Below, piece by piece: positions 50,316 through 62,056 of a DNA stretch of 64,000 nt (positions within the stretch are counted from its first letter, which is position 1; each line of letters starts with the position of its first letter). The position numbers were made by a program, and so were the translations under genes. Origin of the DNA: Lama guanicoe (Eukaryota); NCBI GenBank assembly GCA_013239625.1, contig MU054220.1, forward strand, positions 6,432,626 to 6,496,625, read 5' to 3'. The notes under the pieces are model-generated. The model searched no databases. It was not told the origin of the DNA and saw only the letters and a list, made by a program, of their open reading frames with translations.

Positions 50316-50692
50316 TGTGCAAGTCAGCTGAGGCTGTCATTACGGAATACCACAGAAAGGTGGCTTAAACAACACATATGTATTTTTCCTCACAGTTCTG
50401 GAGGCTGAAATTCCGAGATCAAGGTGTTGGCAGTGTTAGTTTCTGGTGAGACTTCTCTCCTTGGCTTGAAGGTGGCTGCGTTCTCACTGTGTCCTCGCGT
50501 GGGGCTTCCTTCGTATGCGTGTTTCTGTTCTCTCCTCTTATGTGAATACACGTGCTGTTAGAGTAGGACCCCTGTTGTGTGACATTGTTTCACCTTAATT
50601 ACCTCTTGAAAGACCCCCATCTCCAAATCCAGTCATATTGAGGGTTAGGGCTTCAACACAAGGAATTTGAGGAGACGATGCGGTTTGTAACA
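50316..50692 (-). mobile_element. Complete MLT1A/MLT1A0-like MaLR solo LTR
   Basis: TG...CA ends; ggtggcttaaacaacac...ctcacagttctggaggctgaaattccgagatcaaggtgttggcag...gggttagggcttcaacac. 5-bp TSD ACCCC/ACCTC. Confidence 0.9.
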
Positions 50693-50759
50693 ACCTCCAT
50701 GAAGATTACCTAAGAGTGAAACATTCAAGTTGCCTGTGGGGACTCATGATTAAAGTGAA

Positions 50760-51560
50760 TCAGAAAATTCAACAAATAGAATTTACACCCTAGAACTGGA
50801 AATAATAGAACTATCCAGAGGAGACATGAAAATAAATTGTGTAAAAGTTTAAGTACGTAAAAGAAGAAAAATCACCACAGCCATCATACTTGAAGGAGAA
50901 CGCCAAACTTGAACTGTGGGGCATAAGAGCTGTACTATTTGGAGATTGTGAGCAAATCCATTTGGCAAAGATGTAGATAAGTGTAAATAAGTGTTAGTGA
51001 CTTGGAAATAGATCTGGTTAAATTAATCAGATATGCATCACAGATGTAAAGATATAAAGAAAATAAAATAACAGACTACAGAAAACGTACAAGAGAATTT
51101 TTAGAAAAGGAGGATAGGGAAAAATGAAGGCGAGAGCTCAGAATTTTCCTGGACTGAAAAGAGATATCAGTCTTCAGAATGCCTGAGTACACCATATCCT
51201 TGATGGGATAATCAGAAACAAATCTATACCGAGATGCATCGCTGTGAAACTTCAGAACTTGCACAATCAGAAGAGATCTTGAAAGCAATCAAAGATGAAA
51301 TATCTATTACAATCAAAAGAATGAAAATTAGAATTACAGAAGATGTCTCACAGTCATAATGGAGATGAGAAGCCCAACTGAATGGTAACTTTACAGGGTG
51401 GGTGAAAAGTACTTGTCAACTAAAACCCTATACTTAGCCAAAACATAATTCAGGGGGGAGTCTAAATTTTAAAAAAATGTTCATAAAAATACTGTGACAA
51501 TTCGTTAATTCATAGACTCCCACCAAAACCAAAAACAGAGCATGAACATTAATAAGAGAA
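50760..51560 (+). mobile_element. Decayed L1/HAL1 ORF1 region
   Basis: From 51139 it reads QNFPGLKRDISLQNA*VHHILDGIIRNKSIPRCIAVKLQN, then after a frameshift EILKAIKDEISITIKRMKIRITEDVS. This matches ORF1p motifs ENFP..., PRHIIVK and KILKAAREK..IRLTADFS. Confidence 0.8.
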
Positions 51561-52004
51561 AATTGAATCCCCTCCTCCCAGAATAAGGCTGGGATGGTTT
51601 GGAAATACTAAACTGTATGTTTATCAAGCATATAGGTGAATGCAAGCAAACTTGGACTGTAAAAAATGATTGATGCACAGATAGATGATAGATGATTCAT
51701 ATTACTAATTTCTTGGTCATTTTAGACAAAGCATTTCATAAGGCACAAACAAGACAACATAATGTGGTAAATTACAGAAAGAAGTTCAGTGTGAATATGC
51801 TCTAAAGCCTCTCCTGGTTTGAGAGGGGATTAGACGTGTTTATGATCTATAGATGCTCAAGTGTGTATGTTTAAAGTTTATTAGTGAATGCCAACAGGAA
51901 AGAGATTTAATATCCAGACAAAGGAAAAGGAAAGGCAGGAGGAATAAAGACGACTGTATCAATCTAATAGTAGGATTAAACATTTGGACGTAAAAGATAG
52001 AGAC

Positions 52005-52240
52005 CAACCAGAGTATAATGGTTTCCTCTGGGCAGGGAAGGGAGTAAAATTGAGGAGAATTACAAACTGGGCTTCAGCGCTTTCTAATATATCTGTTCTG
52101 GAAAAATAAATTAGTCCAAATTGTTAAGCAAAATGTTAACATGTTAAATCTGCGACTAGAGGAGATGTTTTAGTTGTCACAATCAGTTTATTTCTGTCTG
52201 TTTGAAATACTTAGTTATGATATTAGCAAGTTTAAAAATG
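52005..52240 (+). mobile_element. L1ME-type 3' end
   Basis: atggtttcctctggg...gcaaaatgttaacatgttaaatctg...ttctgtctgtttgaaata. Confidence 0.55.
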
Positions 52241-55200
52241 TACATTGGTGCCAGATAAAGCTGCGTTCTCATCCCATTCCTTGTACATCCTATGTACCTT
52301 GGGCAAAATTATTCAATTTCTTTAGGTTTCACTTGCTTAATTTTTAACTGTGTTCAATATTATAATATTGCCTACATTTCAGGGCTGTTTTAACAGTGTG
52401 AAGTGTGCGGCACAGTATTTGTAGAAAATATATTGTAACTAGTGGAAATAAAACAGTTTATTTCATGCAGCGGAATGCAACCAAAGAGAGGAACATTTTT
52501 AAAAGAAGAAAGGCAGTATCATTAGTTTCCTATGCAAGCAAAATATTCAAATTACTGATATTGACCATGGGGTTTAACTCTAATGAGGTCACTGATGAAG
52601 TTTACGTGAGCAATTTGGGGAGATCCGTGAGAGCAGCCAACTGTGGGCGTGTGTGGAAGAGGGGAAACGACAGATATAAACCTTGCGGTGTATTGTTTGA
52701 AACAAGAAGGCGACAAAAAAAAAATCACCCACTTATTTATAGAAGCAGGAGAGAAAACAAGGAATTTTGAAAGTGGGAGGCTGCCAAAGTGAACTATTTA
52801 AAGTTTGGTTGCGGAGAAAAATAGGTCAGGAACTAGAGGCAGACAGAGGGGTGTGTGTATGTAGTGGTAAGGATTTGGGCATGTTTACGGAGTGAGAGGA
52901 GAGGTCCAGTAGCAAGGGGGAAGGTGAAAATGTAGGAGCAAAGGTAAAGCACTGGTGGACCAAGGTCCTAGAAGAGATGGTAGGGGTGAGACTCAGGAGC
53001 ACAGACGGAAGTGTGGAGAGAATCAGTTGTCTGAGGTGAGGAGAAAGCTGCACACGAGTGCTGGCGGTCCTAGTGTTTACGTGCGCGTGAAGGACAATGC
53101 GGGGCTTATGGCTCTGAGCTTCAGATTGGTCTGTGGAAGATACGAGGCCACGTCCTCCACTGGGGAAGAATGTGTGCTTTGGTTATCGTAGTTTGTGTGC
53201 CTTTCCCCGGCCAAGAATAAAGACTCAGGCGTTGAAATTCTCTGGGAGGGATGCTGATGGGAAAATTGGATTCAGGCCCAAGTCTCCCTCTCAAAAGAAG
53301 GGTTTTGTGTACGCGAACAATCATTGTTTGAGACTTCAGATCACCACACTCATTTCAGAAAGTCATGAGACGTCCACAGAGGGGACCGATGGGCGAGAGT
53401 TCCTGGCTAAGCCTTTTGGGACATAAACTGCAGCCAAGACTCCACATTTCCATGTCCTCTACAAAACCAGCTTTCTCAAAACAGACTCATACAACAAGCT
53501 GCAGTCACAGCCGAATGCCATGTTTCTATTATTGTGATGACATAAAATCATTAAACCACTGCTAGTAGTAAAAGCAGTTGTGTCTGGCAATAGACCTGCT
53601 CTGTGCCCATTCAGAGGGAATTGCATTTTAAATGACCCCTGGAGAGCAACGACGGGAGAGGCGCGGGACCGAGGTTTGACTTCCACGGTAATTTATTACA
53701 TGTCCTCCTTTGGTCTTGCTGCCGTACTCAAGCTCTTTGTTCTGAAAAGTGGGTCATACTGGCTGGAGTGCATGAGCACAAACTGTAATGAGGTTTCAAA
53801 TTTTTGTTGGAGTCATATACTAATTTTTAAATAATATTTCCCAAATTTAAAGTCACAAAAAATAATTAAAAGGTCCCGATGTCAAGACTCAACTCCCGCG
53901 TCCCTAATCGCAGAAGGTTCTCATCTAGACTTCTTTTTACACCATATATATCACATAAGCAGAATTACAACTACCTACGCCATGTCAGGCACAATATCTC
54001 AGTGAATCCTCATACAACCCAATGAGGTAGAAATTATTACCAGGGACAAATGAGTACGCTGACATCTCAAGACTGAACTCAAGCTTTCCAATATCAATTG
54101 GGATTCAAATTCAGGTCTGAATTTTAAAAATTGAGGCTGAAAAGAGACACTGCATCAAATGTCACTTTTAAATTCTGAACCAATTGAAGAATGGACAAGG
54201 AAGCTTTGACTTCCTTAGATGTTAACTTTATTATTAGTAAAGCTATACTGAGAAACATGGTACATAAGGTCAAAACAGACTTTCTATCATGCCCCGCAAA
54301 CTGGCCCCTCGCCCCTGAGACCGGTTAATTGCATGTAGGAACAGAGCCTGCCTCTCACCTTGCAAGAGCAATTGGTACAGGTGCACTAATCTTATACAGT
54401 AAAGCCGCTCCTCTTCTTGTGGGGAGGGAAATGGTCAGAGGTGTAGGATTGGATTCTGACCAACACCTCCAAGAGAGCCAGAGGTTTATCAGTAGAGGGA
54501 ATAAATTATTCCCCTGGGACATGGCACAGACTTCCCATGGCAGCTTGTTCTGTTAATTTTATTTGTTTAATATGCTTAAGAATTATATGATCTTCTATGT
54601 AATAAGCTTCTTTAGAGTAGCAGGTGCATTGATCAAACCAGGACAAGACACCAGGAAGTTCACACACTAGGAATGATGACAGAACATTATATTGGAGACA
54701 TTCACAATGGTAGAGGTCTGTGCTCTCCAATTTCCCATTGTATTCTGGGAGAAGCACATAGGAATCTAGCAAATCTAAGCATTGGACAGCAGAAGGCTTT
54801 TACGAAACTAATTAGCAAAGTGATAGTCCCTCCCTGGAATGATTAAGGGCTGAATCCATCAACTCCGTGTAAGGCGTAGTCTCAGCTCCTAGTCCTGTTC
54901 TGCCAAGTTTGACATCCCTGGTTAAGAGCACAAGACCTCCTCCTTGACGGAATCAGTGTGCTAACGTGTAAACCTTAGAGTCCCGGCTCTTTGACGTTCT
55001 TGAACATGCTTGAATCTGCTGCATCAGCGTTTTACCAGAATTGATTGCTTAAGCATTTTGCTTTGACTTCCAGGTGATCTGCAGGAGGCCAGCTCCTACT
55101 TTGGGAGACTGGCATGTAGGGAATAAGTTTTGGACAAGCTGATTCCTACTTCACAACGATGGCCTGGTTTTTGTTTTCTTGACACACCGTGGTGTTTAGT

Positions 55201-55624
55201 ACTGTGTATTGCAATATGTGACTGTTGGATAAAGGAAATAATGCAGAGAAGAATGAATGAATGAATGAATGAATGATTATGTAGGAAAAAAAATGTCGTC
55301 ACTTGGGCTGTCTTTCTCTCACACCCACCTCTCCATTCCTCGTCTATTGAGAAGTACAAACAGATGCCCAGACACTAATTAGGAATGGAAGCCTAACTCT
55401 GTTTTATGTTATAAATCTCTCTTCTATCTAGCTGAAATTCAGAATCACTTTATTGTCATATAATCCTTACCACATTAACAATGGAATCATAAACTATAAA
55501 ATAACAGTTCTCTAAGTCTCAATGAAAACCCTCAAGTCTATCTTTTAGTTCCTTTTGAGACATGATTGTTAAAAATCTCCCTTATTTGTATTAAAAACTC
55601 CCTTGGAATTAAATCCTAAATTCT

Positions 55625-55810
55625 AATAATAGCTGGCATTTTTGAATGTTCACTATGTGCGGGTGCTGTGATAAACACTTGACATAGATTATCTCATTTA
55701 ATCCTCACAGAAACCAAATGAAGTGTTTACTGTCATTATCCCTATTTGACGAAGAGGATACTGAGGCTCACAGAGAATTAGTAACTTGTCCAAGATCATC
55801 TAATGTTGAG
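55625..55810 (-). mobile_element. MIR SINE
   Basis: taataatagctggcatttttgaatgttcactatgtgc...attatctcatttaatcctcacag...actgaggctcacagag...gtaacttgtccaagatca. Confidence 0.9.
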
Positions 55811-57694
55811 TAATCAAGAGTGAATGACCTGAAAGCACACACAACCAGCCGGGACCAGCCTTTTATCGAGGCGAAAATTTGCAGAGACAGAGCAGCAGCA
55901 GGTGAGCAGTCTTCTCAATGCCAGCTGCACAGGGAACTGGTGAGCGAGACGTCATACTTCAGAGGGGTCCCAGTTATGAGCTGTGGGGGTCATAAGCTTC
56001 ATGGTTGGGGAAACACCGGTAGCCCTTCCTCTAGGACGGTTTGGGGCTGATGTTCAAACTTTGTGGTTACTGTTCTGTGATGTAGCAGAATCATAGCTTC
56101 CAGCTCTGATTTTCAACCCCAGCGTTTATAACTGAGAGCTCATCGGCTCCTCCCTTGTTGTGATCAGAGCCCAGGACCCAAGCCTTGTGTTTAAATTATT
56201 GCCCTTCAGCTCTGTTCTATCTCATCAGTATTCTATCAGTATGTCTGCCTTAAGTACTCAGTTGTAGCCAGTGTCCATGTCTTCTGGGTTTTAATTTCGG
56301 AATGATGCTGCTCTTTGAGGGAAGGGAGATGACAACTGGTTTTCTGGGATCCTAGCCTCTGGGTATCCAGGTCAAGAAGATCAAGCCTTGCCTATCACTT
56401 AGCCATTAAGTGGTGGGACCTTTCTTCAAGTGCTGCAGCCTGACACCAGAGTCTTCCTGGTCTTTAATGATTTGCAATAAGAACTTGATACAATTATCTG
56501 TATGTGCATTTCAAGTAATATCAGAGTTTATAGTACTTACTTTTCCTGTCATATATATTTTTTCTTGTGTTCCTAGTTGGTCATTTTAAATACTCATGTG
56601 TTATTCATCTATTTCTGTCCTTTATAACTCCCCATTCCTGTTCTCTCTGCTCTGTTAGAGTGGGAGATTTAATTTGTCTGTGAACCATCTAAAGAGGATG
56701 TGTTGTTGAGCATGGCATTGATTGACGTGTATACCAGGGTGTTTGGGATTGGATGACAGGGAGATCTTAAGAGGTAGGGTTCCTTAGAAGAAATGAGAAA
56801 TCCAAATTCAGAGTTTGTGATTTCTGTGCTAAGTATAGGTGTCTTTAGGAGATTTTAAACTAGAACTAGTGATATTAAGAACTTGTCTCTGTGTCAGTTA
56901 GATTTTGTGGTTACAGAGTTATTTGTTGTCTTCAAATCTATTTGTTTATATCACAATGTCTAATTTTACTCTTTCAAATTGCTCCTACTTCAACTTTATA
57001 CATTCATAAACTTCATAAATATAGAATGCACTGAAGTAAGAGGAAACACTAGTGTAGTAGTGATAACGTCTTTACCGCCAAATACAAGGTCAGAGGTGTG
57101 GTCTGTTTCATTGATTGCTATATGTACTCCGTGCATAGATACTAAAATAAAGCAAAGTTGTTGCTCAGTGAACATTTATTGTTTTAATAAGAAAAGTAAT
57201 GAATGACTCTTTTTCTATGAAAATTAATTATTAAATTGTTTGACTTATCTTGGGATAGCAAGGTATTGTTTTAATTGTGTTTATTAATTAAATTAGAGGT
57301 GAAAGGAAGGCTTTTCCTTACCCCAAATTCTTTGTCTATGAATGTAATAAGAAGGGAAATGTGATTATCATTTCTTACTGTACCACATCCAAATTGTTTG
57401 GTTTTCAACAGGGAAGGGCCAATATATCCAAAATTGATTTTTTAAATCTTGCCATTGTTAAGTCCTTCCAGGTGTGTATAAGGATACATGTGTGTATGTG
57501 TGTATGGGGAGGGGGTTAATGATTTGAAAAGTATACTCATTTCTGGTAATCATCTATGGGTTTGGATATATAGCTCCCCTCTCAAAAAAAAAAGAAAAAA
57601 TAATATTAAATAGGAAGAAACCAGAAAAATTCCTGCTTGCACGGCCCTCCCTTGCAGACAGTTATTACATATTATTTAAGAGATGAGGCATTGT

Positions 57695-57880
57695 CTGCTA
57701 GTTGTATGTCCTTGAACAAGTTACTTCATCTTCCTGTGCCTTGTTGTCCCACTGACAGAAAGGGAATAGTAACAGTACTGAGCTCATAATTTTGTTGTGA
57801 AGAACCAGCGAATTAGTACATGTAAAGCATGTGGAACAGTGCTTGGTGCAAAGTAAGCACACAATAAACATTAGCATGAC
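57695..57880 (+). mobile_element. MIR SINE
   Basis: ccttgaacaagttacttcatcttcctgtgcct...tacatgtaaagcatgtggaacagtgcttggtgcaaagtaagcacacaataaacattagc. Confidence 0.9.
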
Positions 57881-59409
57881 TTTTACCTTCACATGTTGTT
57901 GCAGAAAACATCACCTTACCCACAACAACCTATGTAAGTGAGGAATGGGTGACCTCTGATTTTGGCTCCAAAGTTTCATGATCCCTTAGACAGTCTTTAA
58001 GACTCCCTTGTTGTCTCTTAATGAAAATCTAGGTCAAATCAAACCAAAATGCAAATAGAGGGACCAGGCCTGTTATGTCTCAATGAAACTGTATTTCCTG
58101 GAGTCCCCCAGTCCTCCTTGATACGTCTTCAAACTCTGAGTGTGGCCTGGCTTCCTTTGTAGTGTTTTTTTTTAAACTGGACTAGCCTGAGACTGACCAG
58201 GGTGGTAGATGGGGGAATATTCCAGCTCTGCATGCAGTCCCAATTCAGCAGAGTTTGGGAGGAGCAGGATGAGGTGAACACCTGATTTTTCTCCCCTGTC
58301 AGCATTTCCAGTCTGATATTGTAGGCAGAATATTAAGCATGGCATGTGATGGTTCTGCTAGGCAACAGAACCATGGCAATGAACAGAAACTCCTTCAGGC
58401 CACGAAAAATGAAGCTTTTAAAAATGAAAAAAAAAATACGGCTATACCTTTATATTGAAACACACATACCCAGCCAACTGGATTTCAAGAAGGTGTGTCG
58501 AGTTCTTGAGTAGCAGTGGAAGGCAGTCTTCTGATTTAGACTTCTGTAAACGTGCCCCACTGCCCTTCTCTCTCTCTTCCTGGCCCTTATCCACTTGACT
58601 TTCTTCCCAATGACCTGCTCTCTGACTTCTTTAGATAACTTGAAAATAGCGATGGTACAGAGGCCAGAGGTCAGAGCTCTTCATCACCACTGAGCTCCAA
58701 GTAGCAGCCTTCTTTCCTCATTCCCAGAGGAATCTCTGTAGTCTTCTTGGAAGTATTTCTGCTGTACAGTCATGTCCACGGAAAAGGATAATGCACAAAG
58801 CTTCTCATTAACTACATTTTAATGGGCTTTGTTAAAAAGTCAGCTTACCCCAGTCTCAAAGTGAAAGCAAAAACAAAATTTGATTTTACAAATGAAATAC
58901 ACACTTGAAAGTTAAGATGTTTTTAGTCAAAATAATATGATGAAGACAATGTAGACTCCATCATTGTGATTTAAAGTTTGTAGATCCCATGGCTTTTTTG
59001 AATAAAAAATGAAAGTCCTCTCTCCTTACAAAATAAACATACATACAAATAAAATGTATAAAAATTTTTGAAGATACTTCCAAGAGATGTATTTGAGGAA
59101 CCCTATGCAGGTGTATCACATAGAAATTACAGATCTCACATTAAAACCCCTGCATTAACTCACGTTATTGCCAGACCCTTGCGATCGGTCCATGACAAGA
59201 CCTTACTGTGCAGTGAGTGACTTACAGGTGTGCCAAGATCATAGTCCCTTTCTGTCTTCAAAGCAACAAGATGGAGTCAAGGGTAGCTAAAACCTCAGTT
59301 TTCCTCTATCGTTGTGAGCTAGCATGATAATTTCCCCCAATCAGCCATAGAACTCTTATTCTGTACATAATTTTTAGCATGAAATGGGTTGAACACAGTG
59401 CTAAAGAAT

Positions 59410-59690
59410 TGTTCACTTATTCTTTCAGTGGATGTTTATTGAATTCATATTACCTATGAACCAGTGTGCTAGATGTGAGTGGGGTCGTAAAGGTGACTAA
59501 AGTTTATTTTCTGACCTTGTGGAAGTCATTGCCTATGAGGGGAGACGGTAATGTTGAAGTATACCGCCATATGCCATATACAGACCTACGGGAACACAGA
59601 GGGGAGTCAGCCTAATTTTATTTGGAATGAAAACCAGAGTGAGGGCACATCCCACTGAACTTCGCTGGTTAAGTGAAGCTCACCAGAACG
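59410..59690 (-). mobile_element. L2 3' fragment
   Basis: ttcacttattctttcagtggatgtttattgaattcatattacctatgaaccagtgtgctagatg. Confidence 0.6.
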
Positions 59691-61464
59691 AGTATATGTT
59701 GTAGTATTGTTTTGGCGACAAATAATTTTGTTACAAAAATTTTAATGGTTGCATACTATGCCACAATGTGAATAGAACACAGATAACTTAATTGAGCACT
59801 TGTTTTTTGTTTTTTGTTTTTTGTTTTGTCATTAGGCTAGTTCCAATTTTTGGGCAACTGTGAATAGCACTGAGATAAAGATTTGTGTGGGGAAATTATG
59901 GTACAGGCCTGTAATTCTCTTCTCAGAATAAAGTCCTAGATGTGAAATTACTGGTGCAAAGGACCAGCCCATTTTTAAAACTTAAATACATTTTCTCAAA
60001 CTAACATGAAAGAGTGGGTCTTTGAGGTCAGACCAACTTGAGTTCAAAATGAGTTCAAAACATTATTATTGACCTTGGCCAGTTGCCTGTGCTTCATTAC
60101 TTAGTTTCTTCCTTCATGAGGATAATACTTACCTTAACTTGCTGCTTTAAAAACTGTAGTAGAGTTTAATAAATACTTACTGAATCATTCTTATTTTTTG
60201 ACAATAGATCCCAGATCATTGCTAACCCCTAGCAATATAATGCAAATGTTCTAAATATTTGAGGCTGGTAACATTAGTTAATTTCTAACAGGAAATGTGC
60301 ACTGTGTAAATAACTGTGTGGTATGGTTACACTCAATTCATTATATGGCCCACATTTCAAAAACCCTGACTCATTGTCCCTGTAATTAATTTTAAAACTG
60401 CTGGACTCCAATCTGAAATTTTCTCCTAAAAACAGGAAAATACCAGAATTGGATGAAGTGACAGTACCCTGGAATAAAATTCTTATTCCCTGTGTCATTT
60501 AATCTCTCAGACCCTCAAAATTATCATCTGAAAAAGGAGCCTAAGCTACACTTTCTTTCTGTGTCAACAAATCAAATGAGTACTATGAATAAAAAAGACA
60601 GATAGGTCTCTAAATTGTTATTCTGGTATAACCCATGATTCACATTGGTTTTTAAATCTACCGTGAATCTTTTTACTTTCTGCAAAAGAATGGGCATCAT
60701 GCAAACTGAATATTTCTCTCATGCTTGTCAGTCTGTTACGAGTTTTTTTCATATTATATTGATGTGGGGCATGGGCTTGAAGGATCTGGATTTATTTTTG
60801 AACTCTTGTCAGCACTCCATAATTAACGTTGCCCAGAAGAGAAATGCTATTTTGCCTCCTGCATCATCAACACAACTGTCAGCAAATAAGGAAGGCTTCG
60901 TCTTTACCATTATTACTGCTAATGTAAGAAGCAGAGAAGAACACCTGGATGTTCACACCCTGGGCTGTTAGAAGCCCTGGAATTTAGCGAAATCTGTTTG
61001 CAATATCTACCTACCTCATGTTGCTTTAAGAATGTATTTAAAGGGAAAAATACCATTTTTATCCCAAAGACTATTTTTAAACTCCTAATTTGGGATATTT
61101 ACAGATATCAACGTTGTTTATCTCAATGTTATTTTTCCTCCTTGACACAAAAATGCAAAGTTAAACGTTGATTTCCTGGTGGCTGTTTTACCTCTGCTTG
61201 TACTGCTCTGCGTTCTCTGTGTCCTAAATTCCCTGTTATGTTTCAGTTTCTCTCTGCTCTCCAATTTTGCTTAAATTTATAATGGCAATGAGTGGAAATA
61301 ATCTTTTAAAATGAAGAATCGCAAGGGCGAAATCTTGCTACAGAAAAGGGCAATGCTCTAGCGTAGACATTTGCTCTTTATAAAGGCAGAACAACCTCCA
61401 CAGTCACAGTGTGCCAAAATTAGTCAGTCTGTATGGTAATTTTGTTAAATCGGTTTTTTTTTAT

Positions 61465-62056
61465 TGCTGCATATATGGTGGGATTGTGAAATCGTGCACC
61501 CACTTTGTAAAGCAGTTTGGCAGTCCCTCAGAAATGTTAAACATAGTTACCATATGATCTAGAAATTCTGCTCGTAGGTGTATACCTAAGGGAGTTAAAC
61601 ATATTTCTACACAAAAATGTGTACATGAATGCTCATGGCAGCATTATTCATAATAATCTAAAAGTAGAAATAACCCACATGTCTACAACTGATGAATGGG
61701 TAAATGAAATATGGCGCATCATTAAGTGGAACATTATTTGGCCACTGAAAAGGAATGAAGTGCTGATACATGCTATAGCATGGGTGAACTGTGAAAACAC
61801 ACGGACAATAAGAAAAGATAAATACAAAGGGCCACATGCCATATCATTCCTTTTATATGAAGTGTCCAAACTGGGCTGGAGGCGAAGGAGACTGAGGAGT
61901 GATTGGAAATGGGCGTGGCATTATCTTCTGAAGTGATGAAATGTTCTTAAAATTAGAGGTCGGTGATCATTGCACAAGTCTGTGAATATGCTTAAAACCA
62001 CTAAATTATGTACTTTTAAAGGTGACCTCTTGGTATGTGAATTATATCTCAGAAAA
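61465..62056 (+). mobile_element. L1MB-type LINE-1, ORF2 C-terminus and 3' UTR
   Basis: cactttgtaaagcagtttggcag...ttaccatatgatctagaaattct...gcagcattattcataata...aaaaggaatgaagtgctgatacatgc...tggtatgtgaattatatctc. The ORF at 61619-61936 is off-frame L1 sequence. Confidence 0.9.

Noticed and set aside
61619..61936. 105-aa ORF
   Set aside because: It is off-frame L1MB ORF2-end and 3' UTR sequence.
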